Positions 53,565-63,934 of a stretch of DNA of 64,000 bases are shown here, piece by piece (within the stretch, counting starts at the first letter, position 1; every line of letters begins with the position of its first letter). Position numbers and translations under genes: made by a program. The notes below the pieces were generated by a model. It was given only the letters and a program-made list of their open reading frames with translations, ran no database searches and was not told the DNA's origin. Origin of the DNA: an uncultured delta proteobacterium (GTDB lineage: Bacteria; Myxococcota_A; UBA9160; SMWR01); contig CAWHTE010000001.1 in the NCBI GenBank assembly GCA_963832165.1, positions 256,001 through 320,000 of the forward strand, read 5' to 3'.

Positions 53565-55085
53565 ATGTCGAATCGGTTGGGCGTGGCTTTCACTTTTGGG
53601 ATCCTCGGGGTGGCTCTCGCCACCTCTGCGCAGGCGGTGCAGGTCGCGGGATCCTCGGTGTCCATGGGCTGGAACCCAGCCTCTGGCCCCGTGTCGGGCT
53701 ACTACGTGATCGTGTCGCGGAACTCGGCGCCCGCCAAAGTCGAGTCCGTGACGATCGAGACCAAGAAGACGATCACGGCAGCGGTCGGAGAGACGCTCGT
53801 GGTGCAGGTCGCGGCGTTCGGCCAGGACGGCGTGGCGGGCCCGGTATCCCCGGCTTCGGAATCGATCACGTTCGTGAGCTCGACTTCGACTCCGCCTCCC
53901 CCGAGCGGCGGTGGGACCACGACTCCTCCTCCCCCGCCTCCGCCGGACCCGGCGCCGGTCGAGCCCGCACCGGCGCGCGACTTCAACGGCGACGGGACCG
54001 CCGACCTCGTCGTGCAGACCGGATCGGACGTCCGGATCTGGGCGATGCAGGGCGGCAGCGTGAGCTCGGAGATCCAGCTCCCCGCCGCTCCGACCGGCGC
54101 GCGCGTGGTCGGCAATGGCGACTACGACGCCAACGGGTCGGTAGACCTCCTCTGGGAGAATTCCTCGAACGGCGCGCTCACGCTGTGGCGGCTCGGTGGT
54201 GGGGCCGTGCTCGGCTCGAGCACGCTCGATCGCAGCAGCCTGCCTGCGGGCGAAGAGTGGCACGTGGGCGGATCCGCCGACTTCGACGGCGACGGCGCAG
54301 ACGATCTGATGCTGTTCAGCCGCATCAAGGGCGAGGTCGAGGTCTGGACGTTCGCCAACGCCGCGGTCGCCACCCGGACGCGGATCCGCGGACACGCCGG
54401 GGCCTGGAGCGTCGTGGCGGCGGACGACACGGACGGCGACGGCATGGCCGAAATCGTGTGGCTCGATGAGCTGAATCGGGCGCTCGAGCTCCGCGACCCG
54501 GGCGCTGCGGCACCGGTCGCGCTCGGCAGCGTCACCTCGGGCTGGCGCGGCCGCGGCGGCGTCGACCTCGCGGGCGATGGCACCGCCGAGCTCGTGATGC
54601 ACAACACCGCGACCGGAGCGGTGCAGGACTGGGCCATCGACGACAGTGGCGTCCTAGGTGCGGTCAACCTGCCGAGCGCGTCGGGCCTCGGACGCTTCGC
54701 GGGCCACGGCGACTTCAACGCCGATGGCCGTGAGGACATCGCGTGGAGCAATCCCTCCACTCGAGCCGTGACGCTCTGGATGTCCACTTCGGGCATGCCC
54801 ACGTCGCTCGTCGTGAACCGCGCGCTGCCCACCGGCGGCGAAGTCGTGAGTGGCGCCACCGCGTCGGATGACAGCACGTTCCGCCAGCGCTTCTGCAGTG
54901 CTGATCTCGACGGCGACGGAAGAGTGAACGCGACGGATTTCACGGCGGTCTTCAGGCCGTGTCTCAATACTCCGACCGCTGCCAGCTGCCGGGTTGCCGA
55001 CATGGACAGCGATGGCCGCGTCACGACGACGGACATGTCGATCTTCAAGCTGCGCTTCCAGGCCCGATCCTGCGAGGCGTGGTAG
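53565..55085 (+). CDS. Secreted protein: FN3-like domain, Pro linker, FG-GAP/VCBS repeats, C-terminal dockerin
   Basis: Signal peptide; SMGWNPASGPVSGYYV...VQVAAF; PPPP linker; six DxxxDG-type repeats; C-terminal ADLDGDGRVNATDF...ADMDSDGRVTTTDM. Confidence 0.85.
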   Translation: MSNRLGVAFTFGILGVALATSAQAVQVAGSSVSMGWNPASGPVSGYYVIVSRNSAPAKVESVTIETKKTITAAVGETLVVQVAAFGQDGVAGPVSPASESITFVSSTSTPPPPSGGGTTTPPPPPPPDPAPVEPAPARDFNGDGTADLVVQTGSDVRIWAMQGGSVSSEIQLPAAPTGARVVGNGDYDANGSVDLLWENSSNGALTLWRLGGGAVLGSSTLDRSSLPAGEEWHVGGSADFDGDGADDLMLFSRIKGEVEVWTFANAAVATRTRIRGHAGAWSVVAADDTDGDGMAEIVWLDELNRALELRDPGAAAPVALGSVTSGWRGRGGVDLAGDGTAELVMHNTATGAVQDWAIDDSGVLGAVNLPSASGLGRFAGHGDFNADGREDIAWSNPSTRAVTLWMSTSGMPTSLVVNRALPTGGEVVSGATASDDSTFRQRFCSADLDGDGRVNATDFTAVFRPCLNTPTAASCRVADMDSDGRVTTTDMSIFKLRFQARSCEAW

Positions 55086-55112
55086 CGGGATCACGGCGGG
55101 CACCCGCCGGGT

Positions 55113-57228
55113 TCACTCGCGAATCGGCTGACCCGCCGCGATCTTCCCCGCGTGCGCGCGCAACAGCGAGAGCGCCACGTCGGGCATGTTCTGCTGCTCG
55201 GCCATGGTGAGCGCTCGCGAGATCGTCGAACGCGCGTCGTCGCGGCGGCCGGCCGCGGCTTGAGCGACCGCGAGCGTGTCGAGCGCGAGCGGGTTGTCGC
55301 CGAGTGATCCGATCATCGACTCGGCGAGCTCGAGCGCTCGCTTGCCGTCGCGAAGCGGAGCGGCGGGCACCGTCGCGAGCTGGTAGGCGAGGTCGTTCAT
55401 GAGCGCCGGCGGGGAACTGCACTTCTCGATGCCCTGCTCGAGCACTTCGATCTGCTTCGCGCGCGCCCCCGTGCGCGAGTAGACGTTGGCGAGATGCGTG
55501 CGGCTGGTGAGGTCGCAGGGCCAGCGGCGCAGCGTCTCGGTCAGGGTCGTTGCCGCCTCGCGGTCCCGGCCCAGGCGCGTCAAGAGCTCGCCGAGATTGC
55601 TCCAGTACTGCTCGCGATCCGGATCGATCGCGATGCCGCGCTTCAGGCTCGTGACAGCCCCCTCCGCGAGGCCTGCGCCGAGCTGGACGTTGATCAGCAT
55701 CTGGAGGATGCCAGAGCTGTTCGGGAACTCCCGTGAGAGCTTCTCGACCAGCGTGGCGGTCTGCTGCGCATCGACGAACTGAGTGACTCCGAGCGCGTCG
55801 ACGAAAGGCTCGACCTTCGCCGCGATCAGCGTCGGGTCGGGTCCGTGCACTGCGATCGCGTCGAGCGATGGATCGTTGCCCGAGGGCGATCCTGCCACCA
55901 GGTACCCGAGGCTCTCGAGCCGCCGCTGCGTCTCGGCATCGACTTCACCACCCGCAGCGGCCGGCGCCTCGCGGCGGCTTGCGAGCAGCTGCGCGAGCCC
56001 GTGGCGCATCTGCTCGGCCCGAGCCGGCTCGGCCCCGGCCAGGTTGTTCGCTTCGGCGGGATCGGCGACCAGGTCGTAGAGCTCTGGAACGGGCTTGTGG
56101 ATCAGCTTCCAGGAGCCCGCGCGCACGAATCGCAACGGAGATACGTCGACCAGGCGCGCCAGGCTGACGGACTCGCCGTAGACCGCGCGGCTCCGGCAGT
56201 GCGCCTCCCTCGAACGCGGGGAGCAGCGAGATCCCATCCGCGGCGGGATCGGGCTCGAGCCCGGCCCAGGCGAGGATCGTCGGCGCGATGTCGATCGTCT
56301 GCACGGGTGCCGCGACGCGCCGTGCTGGCGGCACTCGCGGCCCCGCGAACACGAGCGGCACGTGCATCGTCGACTGATAGACGAGGTAGGAGTGGCGACT
56401 CTCGCCGTGATCGCCGAGACCTTCTCCGTGGTCTGCCGTGAGCACTACCAACGTGCGCTCGTCGAGCCCGAGGCGCTCGAGCTCCGCGAGTACGCGCCCG
56501 ATGCTGTCGTCGGTGAACGCGACCTCACCCGCATAGCGATCGTTGGAGAAGCGCGACTCGAACGGGACCGGCGCCGCATAGGGAAAGTGCGGGTCGTAGT
56601 AGTGGAGCCAGAGGAAGAACGGACCCGCGCGGTGCTCGCGCAGGAAGGCGATCCCGTTGCTCGAGATCTCTGCCGCGCCGCGGGAATCGAGGTTGACGGT
56701 CCTCGCCTGGGGCTCGCGCGCGACGAGGGCGCTCGGGTCGTGCAGCAATCCGTCCGCGGCGACGGCGATCTGCTTCGGCTGGACGCCGGACGAATCGAGA
56801 TCGCGAAACTGCCCGAAGCCCTGGGCGATTCCCGTCGGGCGGTTCAGGACGATGGCCGCGACCTCCGCGCCCGTGGCATAGCCGGCGTCGCGCAGCCGCT
56901 CGGCGAGCGTGACGCTCTGCTCGGCGAGCTTGTCCACGCCGTTCTCGCGCACGCGATGGTGATAGGGGTGGAGGCCGGTCAGGATCGAGGCGTGCGAAGG
57001 CAGCGTGTTAGGCGATGAGGCGTGAGCCTGCTCGAACAACACACCGCTCTTGGCCAGCTGGTCGAGGTGAGGTGACGCCCCGCTCCCGCTGCCGTAGGCG
57101 CCGAGCGCATCGGCGCGCAGGGTGTCGACCGTGATCAGCAGGACGTTCTGCGCGCTCGGCTCCGCACAGGCGATCGCCATTGCAGGTGCGAGGTAGACGA
57201 GCCAGCGGAGTCGAATGGCTGCATTCAT
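55113..57228 (-). CDS. Sulfatase-like (alkaline phosphatase superfamily) lipoprotein with C-terminal TPRs; frameshift near 56190
   Basis: Lipobox-like AIAC, NVLLITVDTLRAD, TLPSHASILTG, HYYDPH, TADHGE, ELYDLVADP, LESLGY, then TPR-like helices. Confidence 0.85.
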
Positions 57229-57305
57229 CGAAGCAACTATTCCCGCCGCGCCGCGTAGCTTCAAGGGGCGAAGAGCGCTTGCTCGAGGCGCTGGCGTACG
57301 GCGGA

Positions 57306-60300
57306 TCAGTTCCGGTCGTTCCCCTCGATCAGTCCGATCAGGAACGGCCGGATCCGCTCGGCGGAGATCAGACTCTCCAGGGATCCCACCTCGAGCGCGC
57401 GCTGGACGCTGTGGATCGCGTCGAACTCCGCGCCCAGCTCGGTCTGCTTCTGGAGCAGCACCTGGCGATAGGCCGCGTCGTACGCGCTGCGCGTGTCGGG
57501 CTCGTCGCGCCGCTGAGCCTCGCGCCGCAGCGCGGCCAGCGCGGGATCGCGCAATGCGCGCGCCTGGGCCTCGCGCGTGAACACGACCGCCGCCGCGGGA
57601 CCGCCCCCGATCACCGAGGCGAATGATCCCTCGACCGCGGCAGCGCGCAGGTTCGGGTTGAGCTCGCGGCTGAACACGACGTACGCGCCGCCGTGGTAGC
57701 GCGACACGACCAGGAAGATCAGCGGACCGGTGAAGTTGACCACCGCGCGCGCGATCTCGGCACCGTACTCGAGCTGGAGCTTGCGCATCGACTCGGGCGA
57801 TCCGTCGAAGCCCGAAAGGTTGGCGAGAATCACGGCCGGCCTCACGCCGCTCGCCGCGTTGAGCGCGCGCGCCACCTTCTTGCTCGACAGCGGAAACAGC
57901 GTGCCGCCGGTCCACGCGGACGGCCCGTCTGCGGGGTGATCGCCGCCGCGGTCGAGGTTGCGGCTCTCGATGCCGATCAGCGTGACCGGGTGGCCGCCCA
58001 GGCACGCGTCCCAGACGATCGCGGTCTCTGCTCCTGCCCAGCTGCGCCAGCGCTCGAGGTGGCCGAGGTCCGCGTCGATCACCGAGTTCATGAGCGCGCG
58101 CATCGCGAACGAGCGCTTGCGCTCGGCATTGGCCTCGGCGTCGAAGATCTCGCCGATCCGATCGAAGTCGTGGCCATGCGCGCGCTTGGTCGTGAACTCC
58201 GTCACGGCGCGGTGGATCGGATCCTGCGTCGCGAGCGAGCGCGGCCCCGTTTCTCCGGGCACCACGTACGAATAGCGGTAGTGCTGGTACAGGATCGCGT
58301 AGGCCTCGGCGAGATTGCGCGCGAGGAACTGCGCCTCTCCATTGGGGCCCATCACGCGCTCGTAGCCGCCGATCGCGACCTCGTCTTCGCCCGACACCGA
58401 GCCCGAAGCCGCGAGCGCGGCGCGCCCCGTGAGCACCATCGACGCGCCCGGTGTCATGATCAATACGCCGCGCGTGTGCAGGAGCATCGTCGCCAGCGCG
58501 TCGAAGTAGCTCTGCGCGCCCACGTTCACGCCCTGTACGATCACGTGGATCGAGCCGCCCGCCTGCGTGAACGTGACGATCCGGCGCACCACGCGCGCGG
58601 TGGCGTCGAGGTTCTCGGTGCCGCTGTCCATGGCGATGCGCGCGCCGCTCGAGACCGGCACCCATTCGACGGGCAGCCGGTTCGCCTCGGCGAGATCGAT
58701 CGCGGCGGCGATGCGATCGCACTCGGGCGCGGCGAGCGAGCCCATACCGAGCGTCGGGTCCGAGAGGATCAGCACGCGGCGCATGCCCCCTGGAACCGAT
58801 TCGGTAGGCGTGTCGATGATTCCGAACACGATCGCGCTGGTGTTCTGTGCGGGCGGCCGGCCCGCGACGCTCACCGCGCGCGGCGGGTCCGCGTAGGTGT
58901 CGAGGTCGTACTCCTCGAAGATCCCGGCCGGCAGCGTGCGCTCGCCTGCGAGCTCCACGGCGCCCGGCGCACCCGTGAGCATGCGGACGATCTCGTAGGG
59001 GTAGACCAGGCGGCGCCGGCGCGCTTCGACCACCTTGCGCTCGTAGGTCTGGGCCGGCTCGAGCGGGGCGTGGTGGGGCGTGCGCCACGAGAGCTCGAGG
59101 CGGCTGCCGGTCGGGTCGGCGAACACGATCTCGACCGGCTGCGACGGCGCGTCGGGTCGCGCGCGATCGAGCACGTTGAGGCGCACCACGACCTTCTCGA
59201 GGCCGAGATGACGCGTCGCCGGGTACAGGCGCCGCGCGAGGGAATCGACCAGGTCGCGGTCGAGATAGACCGACGGCGTCGCGAAGAGCATCAGCCGGTT
59301 CCACTGCAGCCGCCGGCGCGGATCCCGCAGCTGGAGGTGATTGCGCAGGCAGCGCGCGGCTTCGAAGAAGTCGCGCTCGAACGCGGCGACGTGGAGGCTC
59401 GCTTCGCGCCCGTCGGATTCGTCGGGCGAGCGCCCGCGCACGTCAGCGAACACGAGCAGTCGCTCGTCGCCCGGGATCTCCGGGCTGCGCGCGTGGAAGC
59501 AGTACAGATCCTCGGGCGCCTCGAGGCGCTCGACGTCGAACTTGCGCAGCCGCGCGAGATCGATCCGCACGGCGGTCTCGGGATGGACTCCGTGCAGCGC
59601 GCGATCCTCGCGCATCGCCGAGGAGCCGTTGCCGACCGAGTGCTCGAACGTGAGATGGGCGGGGCGTCCCGCGATCGGCAGCAGCGTGAGCGTGAGGCGC
59701 TGGGTGGAGAGCGACGGTCCGAGCAGCGGGGTGATCGCCTCGGCGACGCTCGCGACCGAGTCCTCGTCGGGGATCGGCACGAGCAGCTCGATCGCGTCGA
59801 CGCGTCGACTCGGTGCGCGCACCGCCGCGGCGCTCGCGGCGCGGCCGAGCCGTTCCAGCGTCGGCGCGAGCTCGGCCGGATTCGCCACGCTGCCGAGCAC
59901 GATGCGGTCGTCCACGAGGTCGAGCCGCTCCACGTGCACCGGGCCCACGACGCCCGAAGTGTGGGCGCGCGGTCGCTGATGCGCGTACAGCCGCCGCACG
60001 TGCGCGGCGACTGCGATCGCGCGGCGGCGCGGATCCGGGTCGGAGAGCCAGCGCCCGACGCGATCGAACACCGCGCGCGGCGAGCCCGCGAGGTGCGCGA
60101 GCACCGACTCGGGTGGATGGGTGACGGCGGCCTCGGCGGCGGCGAGCCAGCTCTCCACCTCCTTGGTGGTGCGCTCGGCCTGGCTCTCGAGGCGCGGGCT
60201 CTCGAAGATCGCATAACGTGCCTCGAGCGAGAGGTCCGCGAGCGCATCGCTGACGTGCCCGCGCATTCCGGCGATCCGCTCGAGCACTTCGTCGAGGCTC

Positions 60301-62909
60301 CGGTCGTCGCCGAGATGAATGCCGCCCGCGAGCGCGTGCACGCGCGCGAGGCAGCCCAGCACGAGCCGCCGCCGCAGGTCGGGCGCGGCCTGCGACGCGA
60401 GCAGGCGCAGCAGCGCCCGCTCGAGCGCTTCACTCGCTGCGAGGTCGTCGACGCCGTAGTGCGCGAGCGCGCGCAAGAACGACGCGCGGAACGCCTCGGG
60501 CAGCCACGCGCCGCCCTCGCGATAGCGCCGCACGGCATCGAGCAGGATCGCGCGGCTCGAGGGCCCGGCCTCGCCCGTGGGCCGCGGCAGCGGCGCGCGG
60601 CTGAACAGCTGCTCGATGTCGGCGAACAGCACGAGCTCGTGGCGCACGGCCGCGAGCTCCCAGCGGAAGCTCTCGGGGAGGTCCTCGGGCAGCGGCGCTT
60701 CGAGGAAGGCCGCGAGCTTCTCACCGCGCTCGGTGTCGACGTCGTAGCCCATCAAGACGCGACGGACCTCCTCGCGCGCGGCCTCCATCGCTGCGAGTCG
60801 CTCGGGCTCGGGAGCCGCTTCTGCGCGCAGAAGATCCGGGACATCGCTCGCGAAGAACGTGTCGAGCGGGTCCGCTTCGCGCTGCAGTGCGAGGCGCGGC
60901 GCCGACGCTGCGGCGCTCTCGCCGTCGGACTCGATCGCGAGCAGGAGCTCGCCCGCGGAGACCTGCTGGCCCGCGTGGACGAACACCTCCTTCACCACGC
61001 CCGAGATCGGCGCTTCGAAGCCGATCTCCATCTTCATCGCCTCGAGGCGTCCGAGCGCGTCGCCGGCTTCGACGCGGTCGCCGCTCGCGACGCCGATCGC
61101 CACCACCATCGCGGGTGTACCCGCGCGCACCTGGCCGGCCGCGCCCGTCGAGAAGCGGTAGGGGTGACCGTCGACTTCGACGCGCAGCCCCTGATCGTTG
61201 CCGTCGTGGAGCAGGCGCAAACTCTTCCCGCCCGTGACGAGCGTGCCGCGGTGGGGACCATCACTGCGCAGCTCCATGGACACGGAGAGTCCGTCGAGCT
61301 GAACGCGGTAGCGCCAGGCGCCGATTGCGTACACGTGAAGGCGATAGGACTCGCCGCGATGGGACAGGTCGACGCGCTGGCCCGTCGACGCGGGCACCGA
61401 GGTCGGGCCGAGGTGGCTCGGGTCCTGGAGCAGCTTGCGCCGCGCGCGGTCCCGCGAGCGCTGATAGGCGAGCACCGCGGCCCCGCATAGCGCGGGCACC
61501 GAGTAGGCCGCCGATCCCGAGCGCAGCGCGGGCTCGCGGTCGAGCCACTCGGTGTCGACCTCCGCGCGCCGGAAGCGCTCGTGCTCGATCAGGTTCAGCA
61601 GATAGCCCTTGTTCGAGGCGCCGCCCTCGACCACGAGCTCGAAATCGCCCAGCGCAGCCGCGAGGCGCGCACGCGCGGCCTCGCGCGTATCGCCGATCCC
61701 GATCACCTTCGCGATCAGCGAATCGAAGTCGGGAGGCACGTCGCAGCCGGCCGCCACACCCGTATCGATCCGCACGCCGGGCCCCAGCGCTGGATCGAAG
61801 CGCGCGATCCGGCCCGGAGCGGGCAGGAAGTCGGCCTCGGGATCCTCCGCGCACACGCGCGCCTCGATCGCGCATCCGCGGCTCGGCGGCGGCTCCGCAG
61901 CCAGCGCCTCGCCGCGGCCGATCCGGATCTGCAGCTCGACGAGGTCGGTGCCCGTGAGCTCCTCGGTGAGCCCGTGCTCGACCTGCAGCCGTGGATTCAC
62001 CTCGAGGAACGCAGCCACGCCGTCGCTGACCAGGAACTCGACGGTGCCCACGCCGACGTAGCCGACGCGCTGTACGAGCCGCACCGCCGCGTCCATGAGC
62101 TCGCGCTGGAGGACCGCGTCGAGACCGGGCGGCGGCGCCTCCTCGATGATCTTCTGGTGACGGCGCTGCACCGAGCAGTCGCGGCAGCCGAGCGCCCAGG
62201 CGGTTCCGTGTGAATCCGCCGCGATCTGCACTTCGATGTGTCGCCCGCGCCGAAGCCGCTGCTCCAGGAACAGCCGGTCGTCGCCGAACGCCGAGCGCGC
62301 CTCCGCTCTCGCGCTCTCGAACGCCGCAGCGAGACCCTCCTCGCTGTCGACGACGCGAATCCCCCGGCCGCCGCCGCCGGCGCTGGCCTTCAGCACGATC
62401 GGGTAACCGATGTGCGCCGCGTGCGCGCGCGCCGACTCGACGCTGTCGAGCTCGCGGCCGCTCCACGGCAGCACCGGAACGCCCGCCTGCTCGGCGACGC
62501 GCTTGGCGCCGATCTTGTCGCCGAGCGAGCGCATCACGTCACCCGACGGCCCCAGGAACACCAGACCCGCGCGCGCCACGCGGTCGGCGAACGCGGCGTC
62601 CTCGGCGACGAAGCCCCAGCCCGGCCAGACCGCGTCGGCGCCGCCGCGGCGCAGCGCGTCGAGCAGGCCGTCGGCGTCGAGATACGCGCTCACCGCGGTG
62701 GCTCCGGGCGGAACCAGGCGCAGCGCGGCGTCGGCCTGGCGCACGAACGGCGCGTTGCGATCGACGTCGGTGTACAGCGCGAGGCAGCGCAGGTCGATGC
62801 CATCGCGGGCGCGCATCGACTTCACGGTGCGGATGCAGCGCAGCGCGGCTTCGCCCCGGTTGACGATCCCGATGCAGCGCAGCTCGCGCGTTGCGCTAGG
62901 CGACGGCAT
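57306..62909 (-). CDS. Single-chain multidomain biotin-dependent acyl-CoA carboxylase (BC-BCCP-central-CT)
   Basis: NRGEAA, WPGWGFVAE, GGGGRG, CSVQRRHQK, EVNPRLQVEH; biotin site EAMKME; CT motifs SSGARI and LANLSGFDGS. About 1867 aa. Confidence 0.93.
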   Translation of the reverse strand: MPSPSATRELRCIGIVNRGEAALRCIRTVKSMRARDGIDLRCLALYTDVDRNAPFVRQADAALRLVPPGATAVSAYLDADGLLDALRRGGADAVWPGWGFVAEDAAFADRVARAGLVFLGPSGDVMRSLGDKIGAKRVAEQAGVPVLPWSGRELDSVESARAHAAHIGYPIVLKASAGGGGRGIRVVDSEEGLAAAFESARAEARSAFGDDRLFLEQRLRRGRHIEVQIAADSHGTAWALGCRDCSVQRRHQKIIEEAPPPGLDAVLQRELMDAAVRLVQRVGYVGVGTVEFLVSDGVAAFLEVNPRLQVEHGLTEELTGTDLVELQIRIGRGEALAAEPPPSRGCAIEARVCAEDPEADFLPAPGRIARFDPALGPGVRIDTGVAAGCDVPPDFDSLIAKVIGIGDTREAARARLAAALGDFELVVEGGASNKGYLLNLIEHERFRRAEVDTEWLDREPALRSGSAAYSVPALCGAAVLAYQRSRDRARRKLLQDPSHLGPTSVPASTGQRVDLSHRGESYRLHVYAIGAWRYRVQLDGLSVSMELRSDGPHRGTLVTGGKSLRLLHDGNDQGLRVEVDGHPYRFSTGAAGQVRAGTPAMVVAIGVASGDRVEAGDALGRLEAMKMEIGFEAPISGVVKEVFVHAGQQVSAGELLLAIESDGESAAASAPRLALQREADPLDTFFASDVPDLLRAEAAPEPERLAAMEAAREEVRRVLMGYDVDTERGEKLAAFLEAPLPEDLPESFRWELAAVRHELVLFADIEQLFSRAPLPRPTGEAGPSSRAILLDAVRRYREGGAWLPEAFRASFLRALAHYGVDDLAASEALERALLRLLASQAAPDLRRRLVLGCLARVHALAGGIHLGDDRSLDEVLERIAGMRGHVSDALADLSLEARYAIFESPRLESQAERTTKEVESWLAAAEAAVTHPPESVLAHLAGSPRAVFDRVGRWLSDPDPRRRAIAVAAHVRRLYAHQRPRAHTSGVVGPVHVERLDLVDDRIVLGSVANPAELAPTLERLGRAASAAAVRAPSRRVDAIELLVPIPDEDSVASVAEAITPLLGPSLSTQRLTLTLLPIAGRPAHLTFEHSVGNGSSAMREDRALHGVHPETAVRIDLARLRKFDVERLEAPEDLYCFHARSPEIPGDERLLVFADVRGRSPDESDGREASLHVAAFERDFFEAARCLRNHLQLRDPRRRLQWNRLMLFATPSVYLDRDLVDSLARRLYPATRHLGLEKVVVRLNVLDRARPDAPSQPVEIVFADPTGSRLELSWRTPHHAPLEPAQTYERKVVEARRRRLVYPYEIVRMLTGAPGAVELAGERTLPAGIFEEYDLDTYADPPRAVSVAGRPPAQNTSAIVFGIIDTPTESVPGGMRRVLILSDPTLGMGSLAAPECDRIAAAIDLAEANRLPVEWVPVSSGARIAMDSGTENLDATARVVRRIVTFTQAGGSIHVIVQGVNVGAQSYFDALATMLLHTRGVLIMTPGASMVLTGRAALAASGSVSGEDEVAIGGYERVMGPNGEAQFLARNLAEAYAILYQHYRYSYVVPGETGPRSLATQDPIHRAVTEFTTKRAHGHDFDRIGEIFDAEANAERKRSFAMRALMNSVIDADLGHLERWRSWAGAETAIVWDACLGGHPVTLIGIESRNLDRGGDHPADGPSAWTGGTLFPLSSKKVARALNAASGVRPAVILANLSGFDGSPESMRKLQLEYGAEIARAVVNFTGPLIFLVVSRYHGGAYVVFSRELNPNLRAAAVEGSFASVIGGGPAAAVVFTREAQARALRDPALAALRREAQRRDEPDTRSAYDAAYRQVLLQKQTELGAEFDAIHSVQRALEVGSLESLISAERIRPFLIGLIEGNDRN

Positions 62910-63657
62910 CGAAATGCTCCCGCTCGAGCTCGGCGAGCCGGGTGAGGATCTGACGCGAGATCTCGAGCGAGCCGCGCAGGCCGCGCCGGTCGCTCTTTGG
63001 CTCGAGCCAGGCGACCCGCGCGCGCAACGTGTCGCCGCGCGCGGGCACCCCGCTGTACTCGTGCTGCGCGTCACCGCGCAGGTAGACGCACAGCACGCGG
63101 CAGCCCGGCACGCTCTTCACGATCCGCCCCACGCCATAAGCGGCGTTGTCGACCTCGACGCGGCCGGTACGGCTGCGCCCGCCCTCGGGAAAGATCAGAC
63201 CCACTTCGCCGCGGCGCAGCACGTGGATGAAGCGCGCGAGCGTGTCGGCGACCTTCACGCGCGCGCCGCCCCGCGCGATCGGCAGGCACTTGTAGATGTA
63301 GGTGAGCGCGCGCTGCCAGGGCTTGCCCGCGAACGTGTTCTGGTCCGGAACGTTCCACGGCAGCGACGCAAAGTGCGCCACGTACCAGAGCGGCGAGCCG
63401 AGGGCGTAGGCGATCAGGGCGGAGTCGATCATCGTGAGGTGGTTGCCGCATACGAGCAGCGGGGCGTTGCTCTCGCGCCGGAACCGCCGGTAGCCGCGCC
63501 GCAGCTCGTCGGTTCCCTCGAAGCGCAGGCGGAGCCAGACGCGCAGGATCACGAGCGCCGACAGCGTCGTGAGCGGGGATAGGGCGAGGCACACCCCGCG
63601 CTGCACGATGAGCGCGAGGCGCGCTCGCTGCGGCAGCGCGGTGGGGGCCTCCGTCAC
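62896..63657 (-). CDS. PlsC-family acyltransferase
   Basis: NHLTMID (HX4D) and FPEGGRS. Confidence 0.9.
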   Translation of the reverse strand: MTEAPTALPQRARLALIVQRGVCLALSPLTTLSALVILRVWLRLRFEGTDELRRGYRRFRRESNAPLLVCGNHLTMIDSALIAYALGSPLWYVAHFASLPWNVPDQNTFAGKPWQRALTYIYKCLPIARGGARVKVADTLARFIHVLRRGEVGLIFPEGGRSRTGRVEVDNAAYGVGRIVKSVPGCRVLCVYLRGDAQHEYSGVPARGDTLRARVAWLEPKSDRRGLRGSLEISRQILTRLAELEREHFDAVA

Positions 63658-63905
63658 TAGCCGAGCTTCGACGCGATCAGCTCCACCGCATTGCCGACCG
63701 TCTCGACGGAATCGACGTCTTCGTCGGCGATCTCGATGTCGAAGGCGTCTTCGAATTCGAGCACCACGTCGACCAGCCGCGCCGAGTTCACTTTGAGCTC
63801 GTCGAGGATGTGGGTCGACAGGCCGACCGAATCGAGGGCCTCCTGATTCTTCACGTAGGGGGTCAGGATCTTGACGACCTGCTCGAAAATCTCGTCCTGG
63901 GACAT
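63657..63905 (-). CDS. Acyl carrier protein
   Basis: Acidic 82-aa protein, LKVNSARLVDVVLEFEDAFDIEI with the phosphopantetheine Ser in an NS motif. AAGGAG RBS. Confidence 0.92.
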   Translation of the reverse strand: MSQDEIFEQVVKILTPYVKNQEALDSVGLSTHILDELKVNSARLVDVVLEFEDAFDIEIADEDVDSVETVGNAVELIASKLG

Positions 63906-63934
63906 GTCAGCTCCTTGTGTTGAATCCAAAAAAA

